In this document: positions 22,001 through 29,263 of the stretch, piece by piece
Position numbering within the stretch: the first letter of the stretch is position 1
Layout: each line of letters opens with the position of its first letter
Origin: an uncultured Acidobacteriota bacterium
GTDB taxonomy: Bacteria; Acidobacteriota; Blastocatellia; RBC074
Direction of reading: 5' to 3'
Assembly: GCA_963699175.1 (NCBI GenBank)
Contig: OY969418.1
Span: 1,666,791 to 1,730,790 of the forward strand
Length of the DNA: 64,000 bases
Translations under genes and position numbers: made by a program
Notes under the pieces: generated by a model
What the model saw: the letters and a program-made list of their open reading frames with translations, nothing else
What the model was told of the DNA's origin: nothing
Database searches by the model: none

Positions 22001-23388
22001 ATTTGAGCAACATTGTGGGCAACAATGCTGCCGTCCCCGATCCGACCTTCGCCAACAATGACAATCAGGGACAAGGCACGATTCTCGACGACGATTTCTT
22101 GCGCTCAAGTTTGAGCGACCCGTTGAGTTGTACGGGGCCGGGCAATGTCATCAACGGCTTGATTCAAATAACGAATCCGAACGCCGCTCAGCAATCATTC
22201 TCGCTCACGACGACTTTCACCAATCTGGTCGGCGTGCCCAACACTTGCAGTGTGACGGGGGCGCTCCCCGGAGCGCCCTGCAACATTACGGCGAGCGGAC
22301 TCACCATTCTGACTGGTATGGTCGCAGGCAACGCCACAGTCAACGTGCAATTTCAAGCACAGGTCGCTGATGCCATCAACAGCGGCACGGTCAGCACGTC
22401 TTCTGTCGCCACTGTCGGCGCATTAACGGTAGGGCCAGTCGTCGCCAGCCTCGCCGTCAATTGTCCACTCGTTGGCCCAGGCTTGCTGGCAGGCGCACAA
22501 AACCAAATCGGCGATCAAACGGCAGGCTCGGTACTGGTCTACAACCTCTACTCGTCAAGCATCTCTGCGCCTAATCAGCAAAACACGCGCATTGCGATCA
22601 CTAACACCCATCCAGGCTTGTCCATCGCTGTGCACTTGTTCTTTGTAGACGGCGCGACCTGCTCAATCGCTGACAGCTTGGTCTGTTTGACGCCAAATCA
22701 GACGGCGAGCTTCCTCGCTTCGGACATTGATCCGGGCACGACGGGTTACATCGTCGCCGTGGCGTCGAATTTGGTGACCGGCTGTCCAGTGGACTTCAAT
22801 TACTTGATTGGCGATGCGTACGTGAAGCTCTCAAGCGGGCACGCAGCCAACTTGGCTGCCGAGGGGTTTGCTGCGCTGGCCGGTGGCTTGCCCGCCTGCG
22901 ACGGTCTTTCGGTGACGGCGCTGCTGAGCTTTGACGGGACGAGCTACAACCGCGCGCCGCGTGTGCTGGCGGCCTCGAACATCCCAGCCAGAGCCGATGG
23001 CAATGACACACTGATCGTCTTGAATCGCGTGGGCGGCAGTTTGGCAGCAGGTGCGGCGACACTCGGTGCGATCTTCGGCATTCTCTATGATGATGCCGAG
23101 AACCCGCTGAGCTTCAACTTCACCGCAGGCGTCTGTCAGTTCCGCTCATCGTTGAGTAACAGCTTCCCGCGCACCGCGCCACGTTTCGAGCAGTTCATTC
23201 CAGCAGGGCGCAGCGGTTGGGCGAAGTTCTTCTCGCAATCGGACATCGCGTTGCTGGGCGCGCAGCTCAACTTCAATGCGAACGCAGGGACAGCAGCGAA
23301 TGCCTTCAATCAGGGGCACAATCTGCACAAGCTGACGCTGACATCAGCGGCGACGTTGACTGTTCCGATCTTCCCGCCGAACTGCTAA
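19060..23388 (+). CDS. giant secreted protein: right-handed parallel beta-helix repeats, 3 Calx-beta domains and the conserved C-terminal domain
   Basis: Signal-like RRLSFLLAGLLVAVFTLASVAVRA. CDLREAIQAANTN entry motif. Many NxISGNxxxGVxI beta-helix repeats. Calx-beta repeats (NDD...GDTTVEANETFFVNL, three times). C-terminal ~310 aa paralogous to 17780-18706. Confidence 0.7.
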   Translation: MMTNRKLLMTTTHKHTFFLSKQSFRSSAIKQTCGQAFRWLSAHRRLSFLLAGLLVAVFTLASVAVRAAKDGGVRPGNFSAASPAAAPVAPKVAMGTNIVVNSTADGTLVTLAGNATCDLREAIQAANTNAIVGQCPAGMAGMDTITFSGAGVGTITVSSVLPTIAEPVTIDGFQGMNTCPATGLPAPATMQVILNGNNGNFDGLTFNVTSGTGPSIVRGLVIRNFNLDGIQVNTTNAANFLTCQCNYIGTAADGVTGTTTNRNDDNGIEIDNSPNNIIERNLISNNGSSTLIPLAAIGSGVAILNASATGNIVRGNYIGTDVTGAADLGNNLQGVNINNAPNNTIGGTTTTDRNVISGNNANGVLITGAGATGNNVRGNYIGLAADGTTVRNNSINGVSISGAANNIIGGATAGARNVISGNGSLIVGNGVDMIVAGTTGNQVLGNYIGTDATGTLDRGNAVYGVNITGLSGNFVGGINAGEGNVISGNGGNGVQLTGGGASNNSVRGNYIGTNAAGTAAIPNDFFGIGIVLGAHDNTIGGTAAAARNVISGNAGDGIQISAALNNSIFGNYIGTNAAGTGAVANGDDGVDIQLGSNGNMVGGTAAGAGNLIANNTSNGVEINAAAGTTNSVLGNSITANGALGIDLSTTGVTLNDTDDPDLGANNRQNFPVLTCAVSSNGQTTVSGSLDSLASTDFRIEFFANTACDASGYGEGQTFLGSVNVTTNASGDAVINTTLPVVVAAGSSITATATRLNAGTPAETSEFSQCLASFAPTLTINDVSFAEGNAGMTAFNFTVTLAGAQGFLCPVTVNFGTADNTATIANNDYAANSGMLTFNPPFASNTVTQTVTVQVNGDTTVEANETFFVNLTNATGATITDAQGQGTITNDDFATIAINDVSVVEGNAGTTNATFNVTMSHPSAEQVTVNFTTANGTATTAGNDYVATNGTVTFAPGVTSQMITVQVNGDTTPETNETFFVNLSNIVGNNAAVPDPTFANNDNQGQGTILDDDFLRSSLSDPLSCTGPGNVINGLIQITNPNAAQQSFSLTTTFTNLVGVPNTCSVTGALPGAPCNITASGLTILTGMVAGNATVNVQFQAQVADAINSGTVSTSSVATVGALTVGPVVASLAVNCPLVGPGLLAGAQNQIGDQTAGSVLVYNLYSSSISAPNQQNTRIAITNTHPGLSIAVHLFFVDGATCSIADSLVCLTPNQTASFLASDIDPGTTGYIVAVASNLVTGCPVDFNYLIGDAYVKLSSGHAANLAAEGFAALAGGLPACDGLSVTALLSFDGTSYNRAPRVLAASNIPARADGNDTLIVLNRVGGSLAAGAATLGAIFGILYDDAENPLSFNFTAGVCQFRSSLSNSFPRTAPRFEQFIPAGRSGWAKFFSQSDIALLGAQLNFNANAGTAANAFNQGHNLHKLTLTSAATLTVPIFPPNC
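22459..23388 (+). repeat. paralogous conserved C-terminal domain module, copy 2
   Basis: See 17780-18706. Confidence 0.85.
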
Positions 23389-23411
23389 AGCGAGCGGGCG
23401 AATATGAAGTG

Positions 23412-26009
23412 CTAGCGGATTTGTCGTGTAATCGTCGGATCGGTGATCTGCCGATCAGCGGCGAGCAGGAAGGCTTTGCTCAGAATGATGGCCAGCATGT
23501 TGTCGCCTTCAAAAGGAAGAAAGACTTTGCCATTCAATCCCTCAGCCGTGCCGCGCCCAGGTACGATGCACAAATACTGATCGTTCGGCTCCATCAAAAT
23601 ATTGCCGCTGCCCAAGTGGATTTTGTAGGTGCGTAACTCGCCGCGCACAATCAAAAAGCGTTCGCTGAGACGGCAACGCTCGGCAATTTTCAAGCGCGGG
23701 ATCAAGCGTTCCAACACCTGCTTGCGCGTGGCTGCTGTCGCCGTTAGTTCACCAAAGGAATACGATTGCCAGTAATCAACATAGCGCCCTTGCGGCCCGC
23801 CATCCGCCCAGTTGGGATCATTAGCCACGCTGGCCACGCCGACGAACAGATCAACATCGCGCATGATTTCGCTAAAGACGAGCGGCGGAATCTCTGCGAG
23901 CGGTAGCGGCTCAACGACCTCTCCTACACCGCGAAAAAGATTCAAGTGATACCCGCCGCCGCCCACGTGCGCTGCATTCTGCCGGGCATTGAGTGGATAG
24001 AAGCGCACCTGATCGGTCGTCAGATAAAGAAACGTGCCCGTCTCGTTCGTGTCTACGCCAAAGTTGTCGCCGACGCTCTCGACCCAAAATTCAGCGCGCA
24101 GATTACAGGCCGCCAAGTGGCGCTGCGCGGGCGGGCATTCATCATCCACCATCAGCCGCAGCTTGTTCTTCCACGCGCGATTGGCACAAAGCGCGTTGAA
24201 TTGATGCTGCTTGATGACGTGCGCGGCAAAGCGATTGGAATAGGTGTGCGTGTTGCGCTCGGCGTCGGTCAGCACGTAAATCTCGCGGTGCGCCTGTTTG
24301 AACGGCTGGCGCAGTTCATGCTCGCTCAACCATTCGCGCCAAGCCAGCACTCGCTCAGTCGGCTCATTCAATGGATGCCACAACTCAACAGTAGCGGCTT
24401 CATCTAGCCCGTCCAATGGCAACCAAGCCAACGGTGCACCGTGCACGTCAACTATCTGCCCGTCGAACCAGATGCCCGATGCCTGCTGTTCGCCCTGGCT
24501 GAATTGCCAGATCAACCGCCGCGCCAAGCTGCCGACCAATGGATGATCCAGATAACGTGCGCGCCAAACAGCGAACGGCCAGCGTCGCAGTTCAAGATAT
24601 AGATTCTCAATGCGGTCGCGTTGCGCGGGTAGCATCTTGGCAACGTCTTTGGCCGCTTGCTGCAATTCTTTCAGCTCTTCGGAGTGCTCTTCTTTGACCG
24701 CTTTGGGCACGGAGGCTTGCGCTTTGCCATCGGACTTGCGCCAGTGCAGTTCTACGTCGTGCGTGCCATTGACCACGAGTTCAGCCGTGAATTCGCCAAG
24801 CTGTTCGCGCGCGCAACCGACTTCTTGTAAGCCATAGGTCGGCACGGCAAGCTCCTCGATCTCGGCAGGCGGCAAGCCCGTGCGAGTAGCGGCGGCCAGC
24901 AAAGCCTTTTCAATTCCCTTTTGCGCCGTGCCGAATTTAACTTTTAGTTTGAGCAGCGCAAGTTGCGCGATGCCTTCCATGCCAGGCATATTGCCGAGCG
25001 CCCAGACGCAGGCATTGCCCACGCGGACGCAACGCGGGCCAAGCATCGGCACTTTGCGATAGGCCGAAACGGCTAAGGCCAGTAACGCGCGTGCCAACTC
25101 TTTATCCTCACGTTGCCCGCACAGCCAGGCCAGCCCCTTGAGGATGTCGGCATTGGTTTCTATCAACACTAAGTTGGGATTAGCTTCCCATTGCGACCAA
25201 CGCTCAACCGCTTGCGTGCGCGGTTTATCAACTAGCGGCAGCCAGCGGAGCAGCGCCGCTTTGAAATTATCGAAGCCGATAATTTCAAGCTGGGCGGTGG
25301 CGGCTTTGAGCCATTTGGGGCTTGGCGCTGAGCCTGACGGTTGCGAACAATGATCGAGCAGTTCGAGCCAGGGCTGGCGCGCCTCGGCGGCCAGCATCTC
25401 CAGTTCAACCCGCGCCACGTCGGCCCACGCATCACCCGGCACGAGCGGGCTTTTCATCGCCCGCTCGCCCAACAATTCTCTCAGTCGCTTCGCCCAGTTG
25501 CGATGCTCCATCGTTTGATAACCCTTTTCCACACGGGCCAACTGCTGTTCAATTTTGGCTCTGACAGCCGCGTCCAGTTCAGACTCCTGCGCGTAATATT
25601 CCAACTGCCTGATGACCAGCCCGGTATCGCAGTAGTAGTCCCCATCAAAATAGTCCAGCAGTCGCAGCATCTCCGTTGGCGCAAACGGTAATTTGCGTTT
25701 GAGCAAGGCGCGCATGATTTGCCGTGACGCCCAGTAAGCCGTGCTGCCGCCGCATATCATAAAAACCGCGCTCCCGGCGGCCTGGTGTTCCAAGCTCGCA
25801 TGCGACACCTGCGGCGCTGCGCTAGAGCGTTTAGTCGCAGCGGTGATCGCCAGGACAACCTGCGCCTGTTCCTGCGGCGACAGCGTCAGCAATTGACGGC
25901 CACTCGCATAGTCCTTCAAATCGTACCAATAGCTATTGCTAGCTTCGCTGCTGAGCTGCTCGATTAAGCTGTGATATTGCGTCGCGCGCTCGCGCGTTAA
26001 AACTTCCAT
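23412..26009 (-). CDS. large cytoplasmic protein, possibly DUF4132 (MolR-like) family
   Basis: 865 aa with no signal peptide. The family assignment rests only on overall architecture and the C-terminal region (..YLCIVPGRGTAEGLNGKVFLPFEGDNMLAIILSKAFLLAAD); my recognition is weak. Its start codon is 1 nt after the stop of the upstream Ubl gene. Confidence 0.45.
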   Translation of the reverse strand: MEVLTRERATQYHSLIEQLSSEASNSYWYDLKDYASGRQLLTLSPQEQAQVVLAITAATKRSSAAPQVSHASLEHQAAGSAVFMICGGSTAYWASRQIMRALLKRKLPFAPTEMLRLLDYFDGDYYCDTGLVIRQLEYYAQESELDAAVRAKIEQQLARVEKGYQTMEHRNWAKRLRELLGERAMKSPLVPGDAWADVARVELEMLAAEARQPWLELLDHCSQPSGSAPSPKWLKAATAQLEIIGFDNFKAALLRWLPLVDKPRTQAVERWSQWEANPNLVLIETNADILKGLAWLCGQREDKELARALLALAVSAYRKVPMLGPRCVRVGNACVWALGNMPGMEGIAQLALLKLKVKFGTAQKGIEKALLAAATRTGLPPAEIEELAVPTYGLQEVGCAREQLGEFTAELVVNGTHDVELHWRKSDGKAQASVPKAVKEEHSEELKELQQAAKDVAKMLPAQRDRIENLYLELRRWPFAVWRARYLDHPLVGSLARRLIWQFSQGEQQASGIWFDGQIVDVHGAPLAWLPLDGLDEAATVELWHPLNEPTERVLAWREWLSEHELRQPFKQAHREIYVLTDAERNTHTYSNRFAAHVIKQHQFNALCANRAWKNKLRLMVDDECPPAQRHLAACNLRAEFWVESVGDNFGVDTNETGTFLYLTTDQVRFYPLNARQNAAHVGGGGYHLNLFRGVGEVVEPLPLAEIPPLVFSEIMRDVDLFVGVASVANDPNWADGGPQGRYVDYWQSYSFGELTATAATRKQVLERLIPRLKIAERCRLSERFLIVRGELRTYKIHLGSGNILMEPNDQYLCIVPGRGTAEGLNGKVFLPFEGDNMLAIILSKAFLLAADRQITDPTITRQIR

Positions 26010-26010
26010 T

Positions 26011-26412
26011 TCACCCTCCTACCAAAGGCACCAGCCGCAAAAAGGTCACTTCCGTTTCCGGCTGCACCTCGATCCAATCATCCAGATTTTCCACCTGCCG
26101 CTCATTCACCAGGATGACAAAGCCGTTGCGCTGAAAAGCTTCGACGGCCTTGTCGTACTGTTCCTGCCCATCGAGCGGTTGGAATTTACGCGGACGAGCT
26201 AGGTTAAGCCTTTGCTCCATCGTTTGAGGTTGGAGCAGGCCGCGAATTTTGTCGGACTGCTGTGTGTTGTGCTCCACCACTTCACGCTCGACACGCGTGC
26301 GGATGAGTTCGCGCACGGTCAGGCGGTTGGACTTCAGCCAGAGTTTGAACACGTGCTGATCACCAAAACTGCTGTAAATTGTTTCGTCTTTGATGGTCAA
26401 GGTAGTAGACAT
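26011..26412 (-). CDS. ThiS/MoaD-like beta-grasp (ubiquitin-like) protein ending Gly-Gly, with ~45-aa internal insertion
   Basis: The C-terminus NGFVILVNERQVENLDDWIEVQPETEVTFLRLVPLVGG aligns in pattern with the ThiS/MoaD C-termini (..VN..V.......DGDEV.F.P.V.GG). The N-terminus TLTIKDETIY...HVFKLWL...LTVRELI fits beta1-beta2-alpha1. RBS AAGGAGAG. Confidence 0.45.
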   Translation of the reverse strand: MSTTLTIKDETIYSSFGDQHVFKLWLKSNRLTVRELIRTRVEREVVEHNTQQSDKIRGLLQPQTMEQRLNLARPRKFQPLDGQEQYDKAVEAFQRNGFVILVNERQVENLDDWIEVQPETEVTFLRLVPLVGG

Positions 26413-26567
26413 ACTGCACTCTCCTTGAGCTGCTGGCGCAGGTGGGCTGCGCGATTTAGGACCAAAGGAAGGATCAGATTAGCGCGCTGTTTATACGTGA
26501 GAATAACGGCAAAAGTTTACAGCCGGGCTGAAATAATTATTGCTGTAACAAAACGAGGGCAGAAGCT

Positions 26568-26667
26568 GTACCGTAGACTGTCCAGTCTGCGGAAGATTCG
26601 GCGTTATACCCTCTGGCCACAGTAGGTAAACGACCAAGTCTTCCGCAGACTGGACAGTCTACGGTAC
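26568..26667. repeat. palindromic intergenic element, family A copy 2
   Basis: Perfect 28-bp arms GTACCGTAGACTGTCCAGTCTGCGGAAG / CTTCCGCAGACTGGACAGTCTACGGTAC. The loop shares GATTCGGCG and GGTAAACGAC with copy 1 at 5181-5284. Confidence 0.75.
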
Positions 26668-26676
26668 GGTGCGGCG

Positions 26677-28080
26677 CTACCAAATCAACTCAAACTCGTA
26701 ATCCGCCGCATCGCCTTGCGGATCGCGGATGCGAATCACCGCCGTCCAACCGTTCGACAACGCAGGCTGTTCGACAAGCTCGACTGAACCGCGCACTTTG
26801 AGGTTGCGGATGCGCAAGTTGAGTTCGCGCGCGGGCAGCGGAGTAGTGAAAGTGTATTTGCCATTGTTGAACGCGCTACCCGCTACATTGCGTTCCGTTA
26901 CTTTATCGCCACGCACATTGAGTAGCACTTCGATGTCTACGCGCCCGCGCCAACGCATGCTGCCCGGCGTGTAGGACGATTCCGGCGCAGGCGTAGTTAT
27001 TGCGCCGCGCTCGTTACGCACACGCCCACCAGTATAAGTCTCGGCCTGCTGTGTGGCGCGCGTGAAGCGGAAGCGTTGATTGGGCCTACCATTCTCGCTC
27101 CACACATACATTCTGACATTGTCTTCGGTGCTGCTGTTTGGCAGATCAAGCGCCTTGCCGAGCCGCGAGACGATGGTGAATTCGCCGTTGCCTTTCGGCG
27201 CTATGCGCCACTTCTGCTGGTCGCTATTGTTGAGAATTCTGCCAAGCACGACTGAGCCATCGCGCACACGGCGGTCTGCCACCTCCAACGCTTTGCCGTT
27301 CGCGGCAGAGCGAATATAGAAGTAGCCACCGCCCGCGTCTTCAATGTCCCACTGTTGATTGCGTTGGCCGTGTGGCGGATGTTGGATCAGCGATTCACTG
27401 TCGCGTCCATCCAGGTCGAGCGCCTTGCCGCTTGCGACAATCTGAATCGTGTAACGCCCAGGGCCGTTGAAGAGCGCGTTACGATCAATCGGAGCGGGCG
27501 TAGGCGTTGGCGTAGGACGCCATTCGATATTCCGTTCGCGCGGGCGCGGGACGTTGGCTACCGGTAGATCGCCAAGGCGATAAAAGCGGAAACGCTGGTT
27601 CTCCAGCCCGTGCAATCCCATCACCTGTAGTCGCGCGCCGTCTTGCGTGCGGTTGCTGGCGGGCACGTCCAAGGCTTTGCCAGCTCTGGCCACGATGGTG
27701 TATTGCGCGCTGCCCGTCTCGCTGATCCTCCACTTCTGATAGTCACTGTCGCGTTTGTCGGCCACGATCACACCGCCGCCGTCGCGCGCGCGGTTTTCGG
27801 CGAAGTCCATCACCCGGCCATTCTCGACTGAGCGGATAAAGTAGTAGCCGCCGCCCGCGTCTTCGACATCCCACTGCTGATTGCTCGCGCTGCTCGACGA
27901 CCATTGCTGCACTGTGCGTCCGTCCTCGCGGCGCAAGTCGAGCGCTTTGCCCGATGCGACATTCTCAATGCGATAACGGCCGGAACCACGAAAGCCTTCG
28001 TTTTGTGCATTGACGCTGTGATTGTGTGCGACGGCCCAGCCGCATAGTGCGGCAAGCGATAAGAGCATCCATCTGCGCAT
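26677..28080 (-). CDS. secreted ricin-B (beta-trefoil) lectin-domain protein
   Basis: Start MRRWMLLSLAALCGWAVA (signal peptide) with RBS AAGGAGA. Two ricin-B-like modules with QxW motifs (QQWSS..NQQWDVED, DYQKWRI, NQQWDIED, DQQKWRI). C-terminal ~110 aa unassigned. The track ORF starts at 28161. Confidence 0.7.
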   Translation of the reverse strand: MRRWMLLSLAALCGWAVAHNHSVNAQNEGFRGSGRYRIENVASGKALDLRREDGRTVQQWSSSSASNQQWDVEDAGGGYYFIRSVENGRVMDFAENRARDGGGVIVADKRDSDYQKWRISETGSAQYTIVARAGKALDVPASNRTQDGARLQVMGLHGLENQRFRFYRLGDLPVANVPRPRERNIEWRPTPTPTPAPIDRNALFNGPGRYTIQIVASGKALDLDGRDSESLIQHPPHGQRNQQWDIEDAGGGYFYIRSAANGKALEVADRRVRDGSVVLGRILNNSDQQKWRIAPKGNGEFTIVSRLGKALDLPNSSTEDNVRMYVWSENGRPNQRFRFTRATQQAETYTGGRVRNERGAITTPAPESSYTPGSMRWRGRVDIEVLLNVRGDKVTERNVAGSAFNNGKYTFTTPLPARELNLRIRNLKVRGSVELVEQPALSNGWTAVIRIRDPQGDAADYEFELIW

Positions 28081-28096
28081 AAGGTCTCCTTGCAAA

Positions 28097-28184
28097 GTGT
28101 CCGACAGGCTGCCAGAGCTTGTCGGGGTCTCGCGAGTACGCCAAATCGAAGTTGGCGACAAGCTCTGGCAACCTGTCAGACAAC
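28097..28184. repeat. palindromic 5'UTR element, family C copy 1 (upstream of the lectin gene)
   Basis: Arms GTGTCCGACAGGCTGCCAGAGCTTGTCG / CGACAAGCTCTGGCAACCTGTCAGACAAC. It begins 17 nt upstream of the start codon. A second copy lies at 58167-58253. Confidence 0.7.
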
Positions 28185-28278
28185 GGCGCTTTTGAAATCT
28201 GGCCCGATTTATGTGGAGTGTAAAAGGTGGGCGAATTGTAGCAACCGCTTTAGTAGAGCGTCAAAGCAACAGCTTGCT

Positions 28279-29133
28279 TCACAATCTTTTGCTGGCTTCA
28301 GTAAAGTAGTCGCGCAAACGTTGTTGCCCATACGCAGGCGCCACGCAATCTACCTGCGTCACGGCAATCCCGAAATCCATCAGCGCGTGGATGCGCGGAT
28401 TGATGAGCTTCAATGGGCTGATCAACGCTTTGAACACGCCCGGCGATACATTCATCAAGCGCGGCGGGCGTTGCAACACGTCAAAGGCCAACTCGGTAAT
28501 CTCCTTGCGTGTAAACACCTCCGGCCCGCCAATCGCCAAATCTTTCTCTGCGCCCGTCAAGGCTTCGACGCAAGCACGCGCCACCTCGGCCTCGTGAATC
28601 GGGTTGGTGCGGACGTGGCCGTCGCCAACGACGAGGCCACGACCTTTTTGAGCGAACTTCAAAATTTCCAACAAGAAACCAAAAAAGCCGGTCGGCCTGA
28701 TCACGGTGTAAGGCAAGCCGGATGTTTGCAGCGCCTCGCCGAAACGCTCGTGCGCGTCGGCATACTCGACGTGGCGCAAGGCTTGTCCCCCGGCCAGTGA
28801 AACGTAGACGAACTTTTGAAGTTGCCGCTTGCGCGCTTCGGCGAGCAGATTTGCGTTGCCTTGCCAGTCAACTTGATTGAACGTCTGCCGGTTGCCGAAA
28901 GAGTTGATGTTCATTGAAGCCCCGGCGCAAGAGATCACCGCATCCATATCCGCGCAGACACCGTCCAGCGTTTCAACCCGCGTCAAATCGGCCTGCACGG
29001 CTTCGTCTGCGCCCGTGTCATTCACTTTTGTTGAACGCACGAGGCTGCGGACGTGATAACCGCGCTGCTTCAATTCGCGGATGACGTGTCGGCCTAATTG
29101 CCCGGTAGCGCCTGCTACCAATACTTTTTGCAT
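28279..29133 (-). CDS. NAD(P)H-binding NmrA/SDR-type epimerase-like protein
   Basis: MQKVLVAGATGQLGRHVIRELKQRGYHVRSLVRS is a Rossmann GxxGxxG N-terminus. 284 aa. Confidence 0.7.
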   Translation of the reverse strand: MQKVLVAGATGQLGRHVIRELKQRGYHVRSLVRSTKVNDTGADEAVQADLTRVETLDGVCADMDAVISCAGASMNINSFGNRQTFNQVDWQGNANLLAEARKRQLQKFVYVSLAGGQALRHVEYADAHERFGEALQTSGLPYTVIRPTGFFGFLLEILKFAQKGRGLVVGDGHVRTNPIHEAEVARACVEALTGAEKDLAIGGPEVFTRKEITELAFDVLQRPPRLMNVSPGVFKALISPLKLINPRIHALMDFGIAVTQVDCVAPAYGQQRLRDYFTEASKRL

Positions 29134-29146
29134 TGTTTCAGAAAAT

Positions 29147-29255
29147 CCCTGGGAGCGCAGGCATCCTTGCCTGCTAGCGTGGAGCAGCGCGCCCCTTAAT
29201 CCGGCAGGCAGTTCCCTTCATCGGGGCAGGCAAGGATGTCTGCGCTCCCAGGAAA
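29147..29255. repeat. palindromic intercistronic element, family B copy 1 (thrC-epimerase)
   Basis: Arms TCCCTGGGAGCGCAGGCATCCTTGCCTGC / GCAGGCAAGGATGTCTGCGCTCCCAGGAA. A second copy lies at 54584-54710. Confidence 0.75.
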
Positions 29256-29263
29256 GCATGTCT

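Noticed and set aside
16636-22074. Antisense ORFs inside the two giant beta-helix genes (16636..17640 -, 21043..22074 -, 21192..21884 -)
   Set aside because: Same artefact as above. They overlap well-supported plus-strand coding sequence.
26011-26412. WGR-domain identity for the small protein next to the DUF4132-like gene (the usual partner of DUF4132 proteins)
   Set aside because: No WGRxG-type motif. The C-terminus instead matches the ThiS/MoaD di-glycine pattern, so it is called a Ubl candidate rather than WGR.
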